Source: Gemmatimonadales bacterium (GTDB lineage Bacteria > Gemmatimonadota > Gemmatimonadetes > Gemmatimonadales > GWC2-71-9). From it: a stretch of DNA of 64,000 nt. Made by a program: the position numbers and the translations under genes. Every line of letters begins with the position of its first letter. Within the stretch, counting starts at the first letter, position 1. Below are positions 28,891 to 38,625 of the stretch, piece after piece. The DNA lies in the NCBI GenBank assembly GCA_037189525.1, contig JBBCJC010000002.1:416001-480000 (forward strand), read 5' to 3'. The notes under the pieces are model-generated. The model saw nothing but the letters and a program-made list of their open reading frames with translations. It did no database searches and was not told the origin of the DNA.

Positions 28891-30057
28891 CTAGCTGCGC
28901 GCCTTCCAGGCGGCGAGCAGCTTGGCTTCCGCCTCCATCTGGCTGGCCAGCGAGGCGGGTCCGCCGCCGAGCGCCGGAGGGTGCCGGAGCCCGGATCGCA
29001 TCGCGTTGCGGCGCTCTTCGGGCAGGCTGTCCCACCATGTCAGGGTGTCTCGGGCCGTCTCCTCGAACGGCCGGTAGGTGAGACCCGCCGCCACGGCGCG
29101 CGCATTGCTGACCGTGTGCAGCTGCGCAAACGGCCCCGTCGTCGGATTCCAGATCGGGAACATGGCCTTCTGCTCCGCCAGCCACGCGGCGTCGACCCAG
29201 GTAAAGGTGGCATCGGAGTTGGTCACCGCCTTGAGCCGGTCGAGCACCTCGCCCGTCGGCATCGGCTTGGCCGGGCCGACGGCGTTGAACGTGCCGGTGG
29301 TGCCCTGCTCGATCAGGTGGACAGTGAACGCGGCCAGATCCCGGGCATCGATGAACGACATCGGATCATTCGACGTCCCCGGGGCGAGGACCTCGCCGCC
29401 GCGCGCCACGCGAACCGGCCAGTAGGTCCAGCGATCGGTGCTGTCACCCGGGCCGACGATATAGCCGGGCCGGACGATGATGCTGCCGGTCGGGAACGCC
29501 TCGCGCACCGCCTGCTCAGCCAGCACTTTGAGAGGACCGTAGGTCTCGCCGGTGATCTGTTCGACGGTCGGGTCCTTCATGGTCCCGCCCGGATAGTCTT
29601 CGGTGATGCCGGGCTGGTTGAAATCGGCATAGACCGAAATCGTCGAGATGAACAGGTAGTGGCGGGCGGCGTCTTTGAGGAGATTGGCCGAGTCGCGCAC
29701 GTGGCGGGGGATGTAGCCGGAGGTGTCGATCACGGCGTCCCACTGCCGGCCCTTGAGGGCGTCGAGCTGGCCATCCCGGTCGCCGATCAGGGTCTCGAGA
29801 TCAGGGAACAGGTCGTCATTGCTGCGGCCCCGGTTGAACAGGGTGATGGTGTGGCCTCGTTCCCGCGCACGCCGCACCATGTGCGGTCCGATGAATCCGG
29901 TGCCGCCGAGCACCAGGATGCGGAGAGGCTTCGGCGGGGCCGCCGCGGCGGCCGCCTCCGCGTTCGTCTCTCCTTTGGCGCACCCTTGAAGACCGATGGC
30001 CAGCGCGCCCGCGCCGACGGCTCCGGCTTTGATGAAATCGCGTCGTGTCTGATGCAT
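28891..30057 (-). CDS. NAD-dependent epimerase/dehydratase (extended SDR) with Tat signal
   Basis: TRRDFIK Tat motif plus LQGC; GGTGFIG; YGPLK. Confidence 0.88.
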   Translation of the reverse strand: MHQTRRDFIKAGAVGAGALAIGLQGCAKGETNAEAAAAAAPPKPLRILVLGGTGFIGPHMVRRARERGHTITLFNRGRSNDDLFPDLETLIGDRDGQLDALKGRQWDAVIDTSGYIPRHVRDSANLLKDAARHYLFISTISVYADFNQPGITEDYPGGTMKDPTVEQITGETYGPLKVLAEQAVREAFPTGSIIVRPGYIVGPGDSTDRWTYWPVRVARGGEVLAPGTSNDPMSFIDARDLAAFTVHLIEQGTTGTFNAVGPAKPMPTGEVLDRLKAVTNSDATFTWVDAAWLAEQKAMFPIWNPTTGPFAQLHTVSNARAVAAGLTYRPFEETARDTLTWWDSLPEERRNAMRSGLRHPPALGGGPASLASQMEAEAKLLAAWKARS

Positions 30058-30192
30058 GTCGGGTCCCCGAATTGTCCGATGAAGTGGGATCAGGCGTCGA
30101 TGCGATCATCGCGCATCGTACTCGCACCCAACATCGGGTCGAAGCGCGGAACTGTCAAACAGCACACTCGGGCCTCATGTCGCGGTCGACGC

Positions 30193-31488
30193 TCAGGCTC
30201 GAAGCTGCTCGAGTCTGAGCGCCGCCGCGCGCCGGTGCCCTTCCATACCCTCGGTGGCGCTCTGGCGCGTGGCAGGGGGCGCCACCGCAGCGACACCGCG
30301 TTCGTCCAGCCACTGGTGGGTGCAGACCTTCAGATAGGACCCGACCCAGAGTCCGCCGGTATAACGGCCCGCCGCCATGGTGGGCAGGGTATGATTGGTA
30401 CCGCAGCATTTATCGGAGTAGACCACGCTCGCAAGCGGGCCGATGAAGAGCGAACCGTAGTTGCGGAGTTTACGCGCCGTGGCGTGGGGATCGCGGGTGT
30501 GGACCTGGAGATGTTCCGCGGCAATGAAGTCGGAGTAGGCGATCATGGTGGCCTCGTCGGCGCAAATCGCAATCTCTCCTGCGGTGGCCCACGACGCGCC
30601 GGCCACGTCGGCAGTGGGGAGGGTGGCGAGCTGGCGCACGATCTCGAGGAGAGTTGCTTCCGCCAACGATCGGTCGGTGGTGATCAGACCGACTCGAGTG
30701 CGCGGATCGTGCTCCGCTTGCGCCAGCAGATCGGTCACGATCATGGCCGGATCGCCGGTTTCATCGGCCACCACATAGATCTCGCTCGGTCCCGCGAGTT
30801 GATCGATGCCCACGGTACCGAATACCTGACGCTTCGCTTCGTTGACGTAGGCATTGCCGGGGCCGACGATTTTGTCGACCGCCGGGATTGTCTCCGTTCC
30901 GAATGCCATGGCCGCGATGGCCTGCGCCCCACCCACGCGGAAAATTCGATCGGCGCCGGAAAGATGACAGCCGGCGATCATGGCCTGGTGCGCATTTGGC
31001 GGAAGGCAGGCAATCACCTCGTCGCAGCCGGCCACCTTGGCGGGCACCAGTGTCATCACCGGTCCGGACAGAATCGGATAACGACCGCCCGGGACATATG
31101 CACCCACCCGCTCGATCGGAATGACGCGATGTCCCAAATGAAGTCCCGGGAGCGTCTCGACTTCGAGTGGCAGAATCGTGGCAAGTTGCGCTTCGGCAAA
31201 CGCGCGAACCCGTTCGATGGCGAATTCGGTATCCTTCCGGGTCTCTGTCGCGAGCCTGCGAACCGCCTCGGCGCGTTCGTCGGCCGAGACTTCGATCCGG
31301 TCGATGCTGACGTGGTCGAACGCGCGAGAGTATCGTCGCAGGGCATTGTCGCCGTCGGTGCGAACGGCGGCCAGGATCTCGCGAACCGTCGCTTCGACGG
31401 CTGCATTGTCCGCCGCGGTATCGCGGGTCGGGGCTTTGAGGTGCTCGAGAGAGTCCGCCGGGAACGCACGACGATCAACAGACATCAA
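30193..31488 (-). CDS. hisD: Histidinol dehydrogenase family protein (HpsN-like paralog)
   Basis: YVPGG, DKIVGPGNAYV, IDQLAGPSE, DLLAQAEHD, EHL, GTNHTLPT, EGMEGH. Confidence 0.85.
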   Translation of the reverse strand: MMSVDRRAFPADSLEHLKAPTRDTAADNAAVEATVREILAAVRTDGDNALRRYSRAFDHVSIDRIEVSADERAEAVRRLATETRKDTEFAIERVRAFAEAQLATILPLEVETLPGLHLGHRVIPIERVGAYVPGGRYPILSGPVMTLVPAKVAGCDEVIACLPPNAHQAMIAGCHLSGADRIFRVGGAQAIAAMAFGTETIPAVDKIVGPGNAYVNEAKRQVFGTVGIDQLAGPSEIYVVADETGDPAMIVTDLLAQAEHDPRTRVGLITTDRSLAEATLLEIVRQLATLPTADVAGASWATAGEIAICADEATMIAYSDFIAAEHLQVHTRDPHATARKLRNYGSLFIGPLASVVYSDKCCGTNHTLPTMAAGRYTGGLWVGSYLKVCTHQWLDERGVAAVAPPATRQSATEGMEGHRRAAALRLEQLRA

Positions 31489-31690
31489 ACCTCCGAAGTC
31501 GGGGGAAGCGGCTGTCCAGAGATGGTAAAGTAGCCTTCCCGGGGTCCTGGCTCTTCATCTGGACGGGCGCCACGCTGGAACATCGTTGCGATTGCGCGGC
31601 GGCATGTAAGGATCGGGCGATTCGAGGGACTACCTCTGCGACGCCCCCGTCATCTGTCCGGGCAACGACCACCGTTTCAAGGAGCCTTCG

Positions 31691-33514
31691 ATGATCAACC
31701 GGCTTCGGGCCGTAGCGACGGCGATGCTGTTGGCACTCGTGACGCTGAGCGCGTCAGCCGATTCCGTGGCGGCTCAGCCTCGCGCCGATACGGCGCAGGT
31801 CGAGCTGATGTATGGCATCCGGGTGCCGATGAAGGACGGCGTTACGCTGAGCGCAACGATCTACAAGCCCAAGAACCAGGCGGCGCCGCTGCCGGTCATC
31901 TTCTGGATGACGCCGTACATCGCCGACCTCTCGCACGCGCGCGGGATGTACTTCGCTCGGAACGGCTATGTCTTTGCCGTGGTCGACACCCGTGGTCGCG
32001 GCAGTTCAGGCGGAACGTTCGAGCCTTTCGCAAACGAGTGGTCCGACGGGCCGGACCTGGTTCGCTGGTTTGCGCGGCAACCGTGGTCCAACGGCAAGGT
32101 CGGACTGTGGGGCGGCTCGTACGGCGGTTTCTACCAGTGGGCCATCGCCAAGAACCGTCCGGCTGAGTTGGTGTCGATGGCGCCGGTGGCATCGGCGCAT
32201 CCGGGCGTGGATTTTCCTCAGCTGCGCAACATTTTCCGCTCCTATGCCATTCAGTGGCTCACCTATACCAGTGGCGCCGCGCCGCAGGCCAATCTCTTCG
32301 GCGACGGGTCGTTCTGGATCTCGAAGTACGGCGAGCGATTCCTGCAGCACAAAGCGTTTGCGTCACTCGACACCATCGTCGGCAACCTGACCACCTACTA
32401 TCAGAAGTGGATGCAGCACCCGACCGAGGACGCATATTGGCAGGCCATGACGCCGACCCGGGAGGAATACGCCAAGCTCGACCTTCCGGTCCTCACCATC
32501 ACCGGCTACTTCGACGGCGACCAGATCGGCGCGATGACCTACTATCGGCGCCATCTCGCTGCCGCGCCGCCTGCTGCGCGCGATCGGCACTATCTGATTC
32601 TCGGCCCGTGGGATCATCCCGGCACTCGCACTCCGGTGCCGTCGATCGGCGGCTTGACCTTTGGCGCCGCGAGTGTGCTCGACATGAATCAGTTGCACCG
32701 CGAGTGGTACGACTGGACCATCAAGAGCGGCCCCAAGCCGGCCTTCCTCAAGAAGCGGGTTGCCTACTGGGTCATGGGTGCTGGACCATCGGACGGCGAG
32801 TGGAAGTATGCCGACAACCTCGATGCCATATCCGATTCGACGCAGACGTTCTATCTCGATGCTGCCGACGGGGGTAACGACGTGCTGCACTCGGGCAAAC
32901 TCACGGCCGCCCGCGCTCCGGCGGCCCGGAAACCCGGGCAGTGGACCTATGACCCGCTCGACGTGCGCGGGTACGCCATCGAGACGAAAGCTCCGCCCGC
33001 CGACTACTACAAGATGCAGGCGCCGGTGTTCAACCTGTTCGGAAACGGACTGGTCTATCACACGGAACCGTTTGCGGAGGCGACGGAGATCAGCGGATAC
33101 CCGAAGCTGACTGCCTACATCGAGATGGATGTGCCGGATACGGATTTTGAAGTCACGCTCTACGAGGTGCTGCCCGACGGGAGCGCCATCTACCTTGCCG
33201 ATGACGCTCTGCGCGCGCGCTATCGTGAGTCGGCGTCGGTGGCCAAGCTCGTCACGCCCGGCGAGGTCACGCGTTACCGGTTCGAACAGTTCACCTTTTT
33301 CTCGCGCGTGATCGGGAAGGGGAGCCGGCTCCGGCTGGTGATTCGTTCGATCAACTCGCTTGCCTGGGAAAAGAACTACAACTCGGGCGGGGTGGTGAAT
33401 CGGGAGACCGGACGGGATGCGCGGACCGCCCGTGTCCGCCTCCACAACGACAGTCGGTACCCGAGCGCGCTCGAACTCCCGGTAGTTCGGCCCGGGCGCA
33501 ATCGGGCCGACTAG
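31691..33514 (+). CDS. CocE/NonD (S15) family hydrolase, exported
   Basis: Signal peptide; VPMKDG, TPY, DTRGRGSSGG, GGSYGG nucleophile, GPWDH. Confidence 0.92.
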   Translation: MINRLRAVATAMLLALVTLSASADSVAAQPRADTAQVELMYGIRVPMKDGVTLSATIYKPKNQAAPLPVIFWMTPYIADLSHARGMYFARNGYVFAVVDTRGRGSSGGTFEPFANEWSDGPDLVRWFARQPWSNGKVGLWGGSYGGFYQWAIAKNRPAELVSMAPVASAHPGVDFPQLRNIFRSYAIQWLTYTSGAAPQANLFGDGSFWISKYGERFLQHKAFASLDTIVGNLTTYYQKWMQHPTEDAYWQAMTPTREEYAKLDLPVLTITGYFDGDQIGAMTYYRRHLAAAPPAARDRHYLILGPWDHPGTRTPVPSIGGLTFGAASVLDMNQLHREWYDWTIKSGPKPAFLKKRVAYWVMGAGPSDGEWKYADNLDAISDSTQTFYLDAADGGNDVLHSGKLTAARAPAARKPGQWTYDPLDVRGYAIETKAPPADYYKMQAPVFNLFGNGLVYHTEPFAEATEISGYPKLTAYIEMDVPDTDFEVTLYEVLPDGSAIYLADDALRARYRESASVAKLVTPGEVTRYRFEQFTFFSRVIGKGSRLRLVIRSINSLAWEKNYNSGGVVNRETGRDARTARVRLHNDSRYPSALELPVVRPGRNRAD

Positions 33515-33584
33515 CGGGCGGTCCTTCCGGCCAGACGGCGGAGTGGTAAGTTCCCGGTCATCGCATGCCCGGTGAAATCGCGTT

Positions 33585-34451
33585 ATGCCCGTATCGCCCT
33601 CCACCCGGAAGCGTCCTGCCCTCATGCTCGTGCTCGGCGTCGGCGCCGCCGTCCTGCTGGCAGTGCTCCTGATCGGTGGGTCTTTCCTCACCGTCAAGAC
33701 CACGGGGGCGCCCTGGGGTTCTTCGGTGCGCAGCGGCGACGCCATCGTCACCATGATGACTCGGCTCGAGCCCTATATGCCCGGGCTGCACCGGAATCCG
33801 GCCAACGACCGCTATACCGTCGGACTCCTGGTCCATTCCGCCAGTGACGGCGCGCGCGGGCGGTTCGTCGAACTCGCCTCGGGCCAGCGTCCGTCCGACC
33901 TCAAGGCCAAGCTCGGTCCGGTGGACGGCAGCCGAGTCTGGTTCGTGGCAGGAACCCCCGGGGTATACGACGTGCGGAGCGAGCGAGTCGACCGACGGCC
34001 CGACGGGCAGCCTCCGTCGCGTCCCTTCACACCTGCGGACCTGGCGACCGGTCGCGATGCACTCCGCCTGATGCTAGTCGATCCCGGGTCGCCGCCCAGG
34101 ATTGGAAGTGTTGCGCTGCCGGGCGGGGAAGGGATGTACCAGACTGGATTCCTGCGTACTGAGCCTCAGGGTGAGATCCTGCGCCTTGCCGGCGACAATG
34201 TGCTGCTCCTGTTCGAGTCGAAGCCCTATCGCGCCGGGACCGTGATGGTGGCGCGGGTTGGATCCGACGGCTCGATGCAATGGACGCTCGATACCGGCAT
34301 CGGCGAGCTGCGCGAGGTGTTTCCCGACCCCGCGTTCCCGGCGCTGATCGGCGACCGGCCTCGTGAGCCCGGCAAGGTCCCCGAACCGATCCTGGTCACC
34401 GTCGATGTCGGCGCCGGTCGAGTCACGACCCGTACGCTCTGGCTCGACTGA
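33585..34451 (+). CDS. Membrane-anchored hypothetical protein, PA2928-like
   Basis: N-terminal TM, then beta-rich domain (GFLR...VARV...W.LDTG). Confidence 0.6.
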   Translation: MPVSPSTRKRPALMLVLGVGAAVLLAVLLIGGSFLTVKTTGAPWGSSVRSGDAIVTMMTRLEPYMPGLHRNPANDRYTVGLLVHSASDGARGRFVELASGQRPSDLKAKLGPVDGSRVWFVAGTPGVYDVRSERVDRRPDGQPPSRPFTPADLATGRDALRLMLVDPGSPPRIGSVALPGGEGMYQTGFLRTEPQGEILRLAGDNVLLLFESKPYRAGTVMVARVGSDGSMQWTLDTGIGELREVFPDPAFPALIGDRPREPGKVPEPILVTVDVGAGRVTTRTLWLD

Positions 34452-34457
34452 GGCGCC

Positions 34458-34844
34458 ATGAAGACCCGACTGGCTGGACTGGTTCTGATCATACTCGGCG
34501 TGCTTTCGGCGGTGTTCTTCGTCTACCTGCCGATGCTGGGCGATGACGTGGGCCCTCTCAGTCGCACGCGCACCAAGGCGCTGGTGTTCGTTCCGCTCAT
34601 GATTGTGACGGGGCTGGCCTTTGCGATCGGCGGGCCTCCGGCCCTGGAGGCCTTCCAGGCGCGGCCCAAGTCACGGGGGCAGTTGGCCTTTGTGCTCGGG
34701 ATCATCATCGGATCCGACCTCCTCACCGGACTCGGCTACTGGCAGCTGAAGCAGCGCGCTCCCCGCCCGCCCGAACCGGAAGTGATCCTGGACGTCCGGC
34801 CCCAGGTACCGCAGGTGGCCAACCCGCAATTCAATCCGAAGTAA
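34458..34844 (+). CDS. Hypothetical membrane protein (3 TM)
   Basis: Three hydrophobic segments; starts 6 nt after the upstream stop, GAGG RBS. Confidence 0.65.
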   Translation: MKTRLAGLVLIILGVLSAVFFVYLPMLGDDVGPLSRTRTKALVFVPLMIVTGLAFAIGGPPALEAFQARPKSRGQLAFVLGIIIGSDLLTGLGYWQLKQRAPRPPEPEVILDVRPQVPQVANPQFNPK

Positions 34845-34945
34845 ATGTTGGCGATGCCACCGACCGCACTGATGGGCGACAGAAGCCCCACGTTGGCGCC
34901 GCGCGGCAACGTGATGCGCGCCAAGCATTGTTGTGCTCGGGTCGA

Positions 34946-35803
34946 CTAGATGGTCGGCAGGATGGTGCGCACGTGAGAGGCAAACGCGCGAACCACCGCG
35001 GATGGTTGCTCGCTGTCGATCGTGAGCGCGATCCCGACGTTCGGCAGCGGCGGCAAACCGGACTCGGCAGTTAGAATGCGCAGATCGTCCGGAACGGCGG
35101 TCCGGGTCAGCACGGCGATGGCCTGACCCGAGCGAACCACCGCGATCAATCCCGTCAGACTGGCGCTGGCGTAGGCGACTCGATAGGCGCGCCTCGCGGC
35201 GTCGAGTCCCCGCCGCGCCGCGCGATGATCGAGCGTATCGGAGTCGGAGAGCGCCAGCCGGAGCGGACGGCGATTCGGCGCGTTCGATCCGACGGCGCTG
35301 ACCCAGACCAGTGGCTCGCGCCGGATCACGGCGACACCCTGGGCGTCCTCCGCAAACGAGGTCAGGGCCAGATCGAGTTGATGGCGCTCCAGGCGTTCGA
35401 GCAGGCGCGGGGTGTGGGCGCAATGCACTTCGACCAGGACCTTCGGGTGTTCCCGCGCAAAGCCGCGCAGCAGCTGCGGCAGCATCGTCACCGCGTAGTC
35501 GTCCGGACAGCCGAATCGAATGGTGCCCGTCAGGCCCTTGCCCGAAAGCTCCGCAAGGGCTTCGTCGTGATACTGGAGGAGCCGCTGCGCATGAGCCAGC
35601 AGCCGGATGCCGTGCGGGGTCAGCAGCACCCCTCGGCCGGTCCGCTCCAGCAGGACCTGGCCGGCAGTTCGCTCCAGTTTCTTCACCTGCAGGCTGATGG
35701 CCGCTTGGGTCCGGCCGACGCGGGCTGCCGCGCGGCTCAGCGCACCGGTTTCCGCGATCGCGATGAAGGTGCGTAGCAGATCGAGGTCGAGGCCGTCATT
35801 CAT
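34946..35803 (-). CDS. dgdR: LysR family regulator, DgdR-like
   Basis: LDLDLLRTFIAIAETG..SRAA..VGRTQAAISLQVKKLE HTH; divergent from dgdA. Confidence 0.85.
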   Translation of the reverse strand: MNDGLDLDLLRTFIAIAETGALSRAAARVGRTQAAISLQVKKLERTAGQVLLERTGRGVLLTPHGIRLLAHAQRLLQYHDEALAELSGKGLTGTIRFGCPDDYAVTMLPQLLRGFAREHPKVLVEVHCAHTPRLLERLERHQLDLALTSFAEDAQGVAVIRREPLVWVSAVGSNAPNRRPLRLALSDSDTLDHRAARRGLDAARRAYRVAYASASLTGLIAVVRSGQAIAVLTRTAVPDDLRILTAESGLPPLPNVGIALTIDSEQPSAVVRAFASHVRTILPTI

Positions 35804-35806
35804 CTC

Positions 35807-35842
35807 ATAAGTTTAGCTAATATCTCTGATAACATCTATTAG
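35807..35842. promoter_or_regulatory. AT-rich LysR operator region
   Basis: ATAAGTTTAGCTAAT contains T-N11-A (35808-35820) in the dgdR-dgdA divergent spacer. Confidence 0.55.
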
Positions 35843-35892
35843 GTGGGATTGCGGCTAGCGAGAGGTGCGGAGTAGTGTCCCTTTGTCCCTGA

Positions 35893-37209
<1,317 letters not shown>

Positions 37210-37252
37210 CTCCCACGCGATCGTCGATATCGGGGAGGCGCCGTAAATGCCG

Positions 37253-37281
37253 CAGCGACTCCGAGTGGAGCGGAGTCGCTG
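37253..37281. terminator. Hairpin between convergent genes
   Basis: cagcgactccg-agtggag-cggagtcgctg, 11-bp perfect stem. Confidence 0.6.
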
Positions 37282-37326
37282 AGGCCGCTGTCGAGGACTA
37301 CCGCAAGCTGCGCTGGAGGCCACTGA

Positions 37327-37788
37327 CTAGAACGTGACGTCGAACGCGCCCTCGGTCACGACTTTGTTGCCGGTAGCTCCGGTGCCCGCGAGGGGACCCG
37401 CCGTGAACTGAAAAGTTCCCTTGGCTCCCGTGGCCGAGATCGAGGTCACCGTGAAGCTGCCGCTGCCGGTCGTGATTGCGGCCTGCCAGCCGGCGGAACC
37501 GGTCGTGACGGAGAAGTTGGTCGGGTTGGTGGCTCCGACCGTGAAGGTGCCTGGAGCCGCGACTTGGCCTCCGAGCCCGATGGTTCGTCCCTGGCCGTCG
37601 GTGCCGGCGATGGCGAGGATGCCGCCCGAGTAGGTCGCGGCGATCGCAACGCTTGCATTGAAGTTCGATCCATCGATTTTGGCGCTCATCGATCCGTTGG
37701 CGAGTCCGGGCCCGGCTGGGTCGGACCCGCATCCGGCCATCGTCGCTGCCAGTACCAGACCCGCCAGACCCGCGAACATTGCCCGCAT
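37327..37788 (-). CDS. Lipoprotein, DUF6252-like beta domain
   Basis: Lipobox MAGC; MSAKIDG.NF, GTFQF, VTEGAFDVTF; AGGAG RBS. Confidence 0.75.
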   Translation of the reverse strand: MRAMFAGLAGLVLAATMAGCGSDPAGPGLANGSMSAKIDGSNFNASVAIAATYSGGILAIAGTDGQGRTIGLGGQVAAPGTFTVGATNPTNFSVTTGSAGWQAAITTGSGSFTVTSISATGAKGTFQFTAGPLAGTGATGNKVVTEGAFDVTF

Positions 37789-37917
37789 GGGAGAACTCCT
37801 CGTACGTAGAACGTTGAACCCGCCTCTCGACGGGACTCTGTCACCCGACTACCGTTATTCCTGGCTTCATTCGGAGCCGTCGTATCTCCCATTGCGTCGC
37901 CGGGCGGGAAAACCGTC

Positions 37918-38454
37918 ATGACCTCGAATAGTCCTCCCGACCGGGAGGCCGTGGATCGACTCTTCAGCGCCGCGTATGAGGAACTCCGCCGCCTGGCAGG
38001 GATCGTCCGTCGGGGTGACCGAGGCGTCACCTTGAGCCCGACGGCCCTGGTTAACGAGGCTTGGCTCAAACTGGTCGCCTCGCCCCCCGCCAACATCGAA
38101 TCGGTTCTCCATTTCAAACGGGTCGCCGCGCGGGCCATGCGCCAGGTGCTGGTCGAAGCCGCCCGCCGCCGGACGGCGGACAAGCGGGGCGGTCCGGACC
38201 TCGCCCTGGTGACGTTCGACGAATCGCTCGAGTTGGCGCCGGCCTCGGGCAGCGACCTGCTCGAACTCGACTCCGCACTCGAGGCCCTCGCTCGGTTGAG
38301 CGCCCGGCAGGCGGCGCTGGTCGAACTGCGCTGCTTCGGCGGTTTCGATATTCCCGAATGCGCGGCGATGCTCGAGGTCTCTGAAGCAACGCTCTCCCGC
38401 GACTGGCGATCGGCCCGGGCCTGGCTGGCCGTCGAACTCGAACGCGGACGGTAA
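37918..38454 (+). CDS. ECF sigma factor, TIGR02999 type
   Basis: YEELRRLA, TLSPTALVNEAWLKL, AARAMRQVLVEAARRR..KRGG, VELRCFGG, RDWRSARAWL. Confidence 0.92.
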   Translation: MTSNSPPDREAVDRLFSAAYEELRRLAGIVRRGDRGVTLSPTALVNEAWLKLVASPPANIESVLHFKRVAARAMRQVLVEAARRRTADKRGGPDLALVTFDESLELAPASGSDLLELDSALEALARLSARQAALVELRCFGGFDIPECAAMLEVSEATLSRDWRSARAWLAVELERGR

Positions 38455-38459
38455 CTGCC

Positions 38460-38583
38460 ATGAACCCCGAACGGTGGGAACGGAAACGCCGAAACGGCCT
38501 CCGCGGAAACGATGCTCAGCAGGGCGCTGGTCAGTCTGGAGTGCTACGATGAGGTCTATCACGACAAGCCCTATCAGAGCTGA
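38460..38583 (+). pseudogene. Internally deleted Ser/Thr kinase-TPR gene remnant
   Basis: ATG 38460 gives MNPERWER, joined out of frame to NAETASAETMLSRALVSLECYDE (TPR-like); TGA at 38581-38583. Confidence 0.7.
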
Positions 38584-38625
38584 CGGCTCAATCCCGCTGA
38601 CCGCACCTCGGGTGCGAGGTCGCGG

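Noticed and set aside
28981..31533. 850-aa plus-strand ORF
   Set aside because: Antisense shadow of the epimerase and HisD-family genes; no motifs, and long shadow ORFs are expected in GC-rich DNA.
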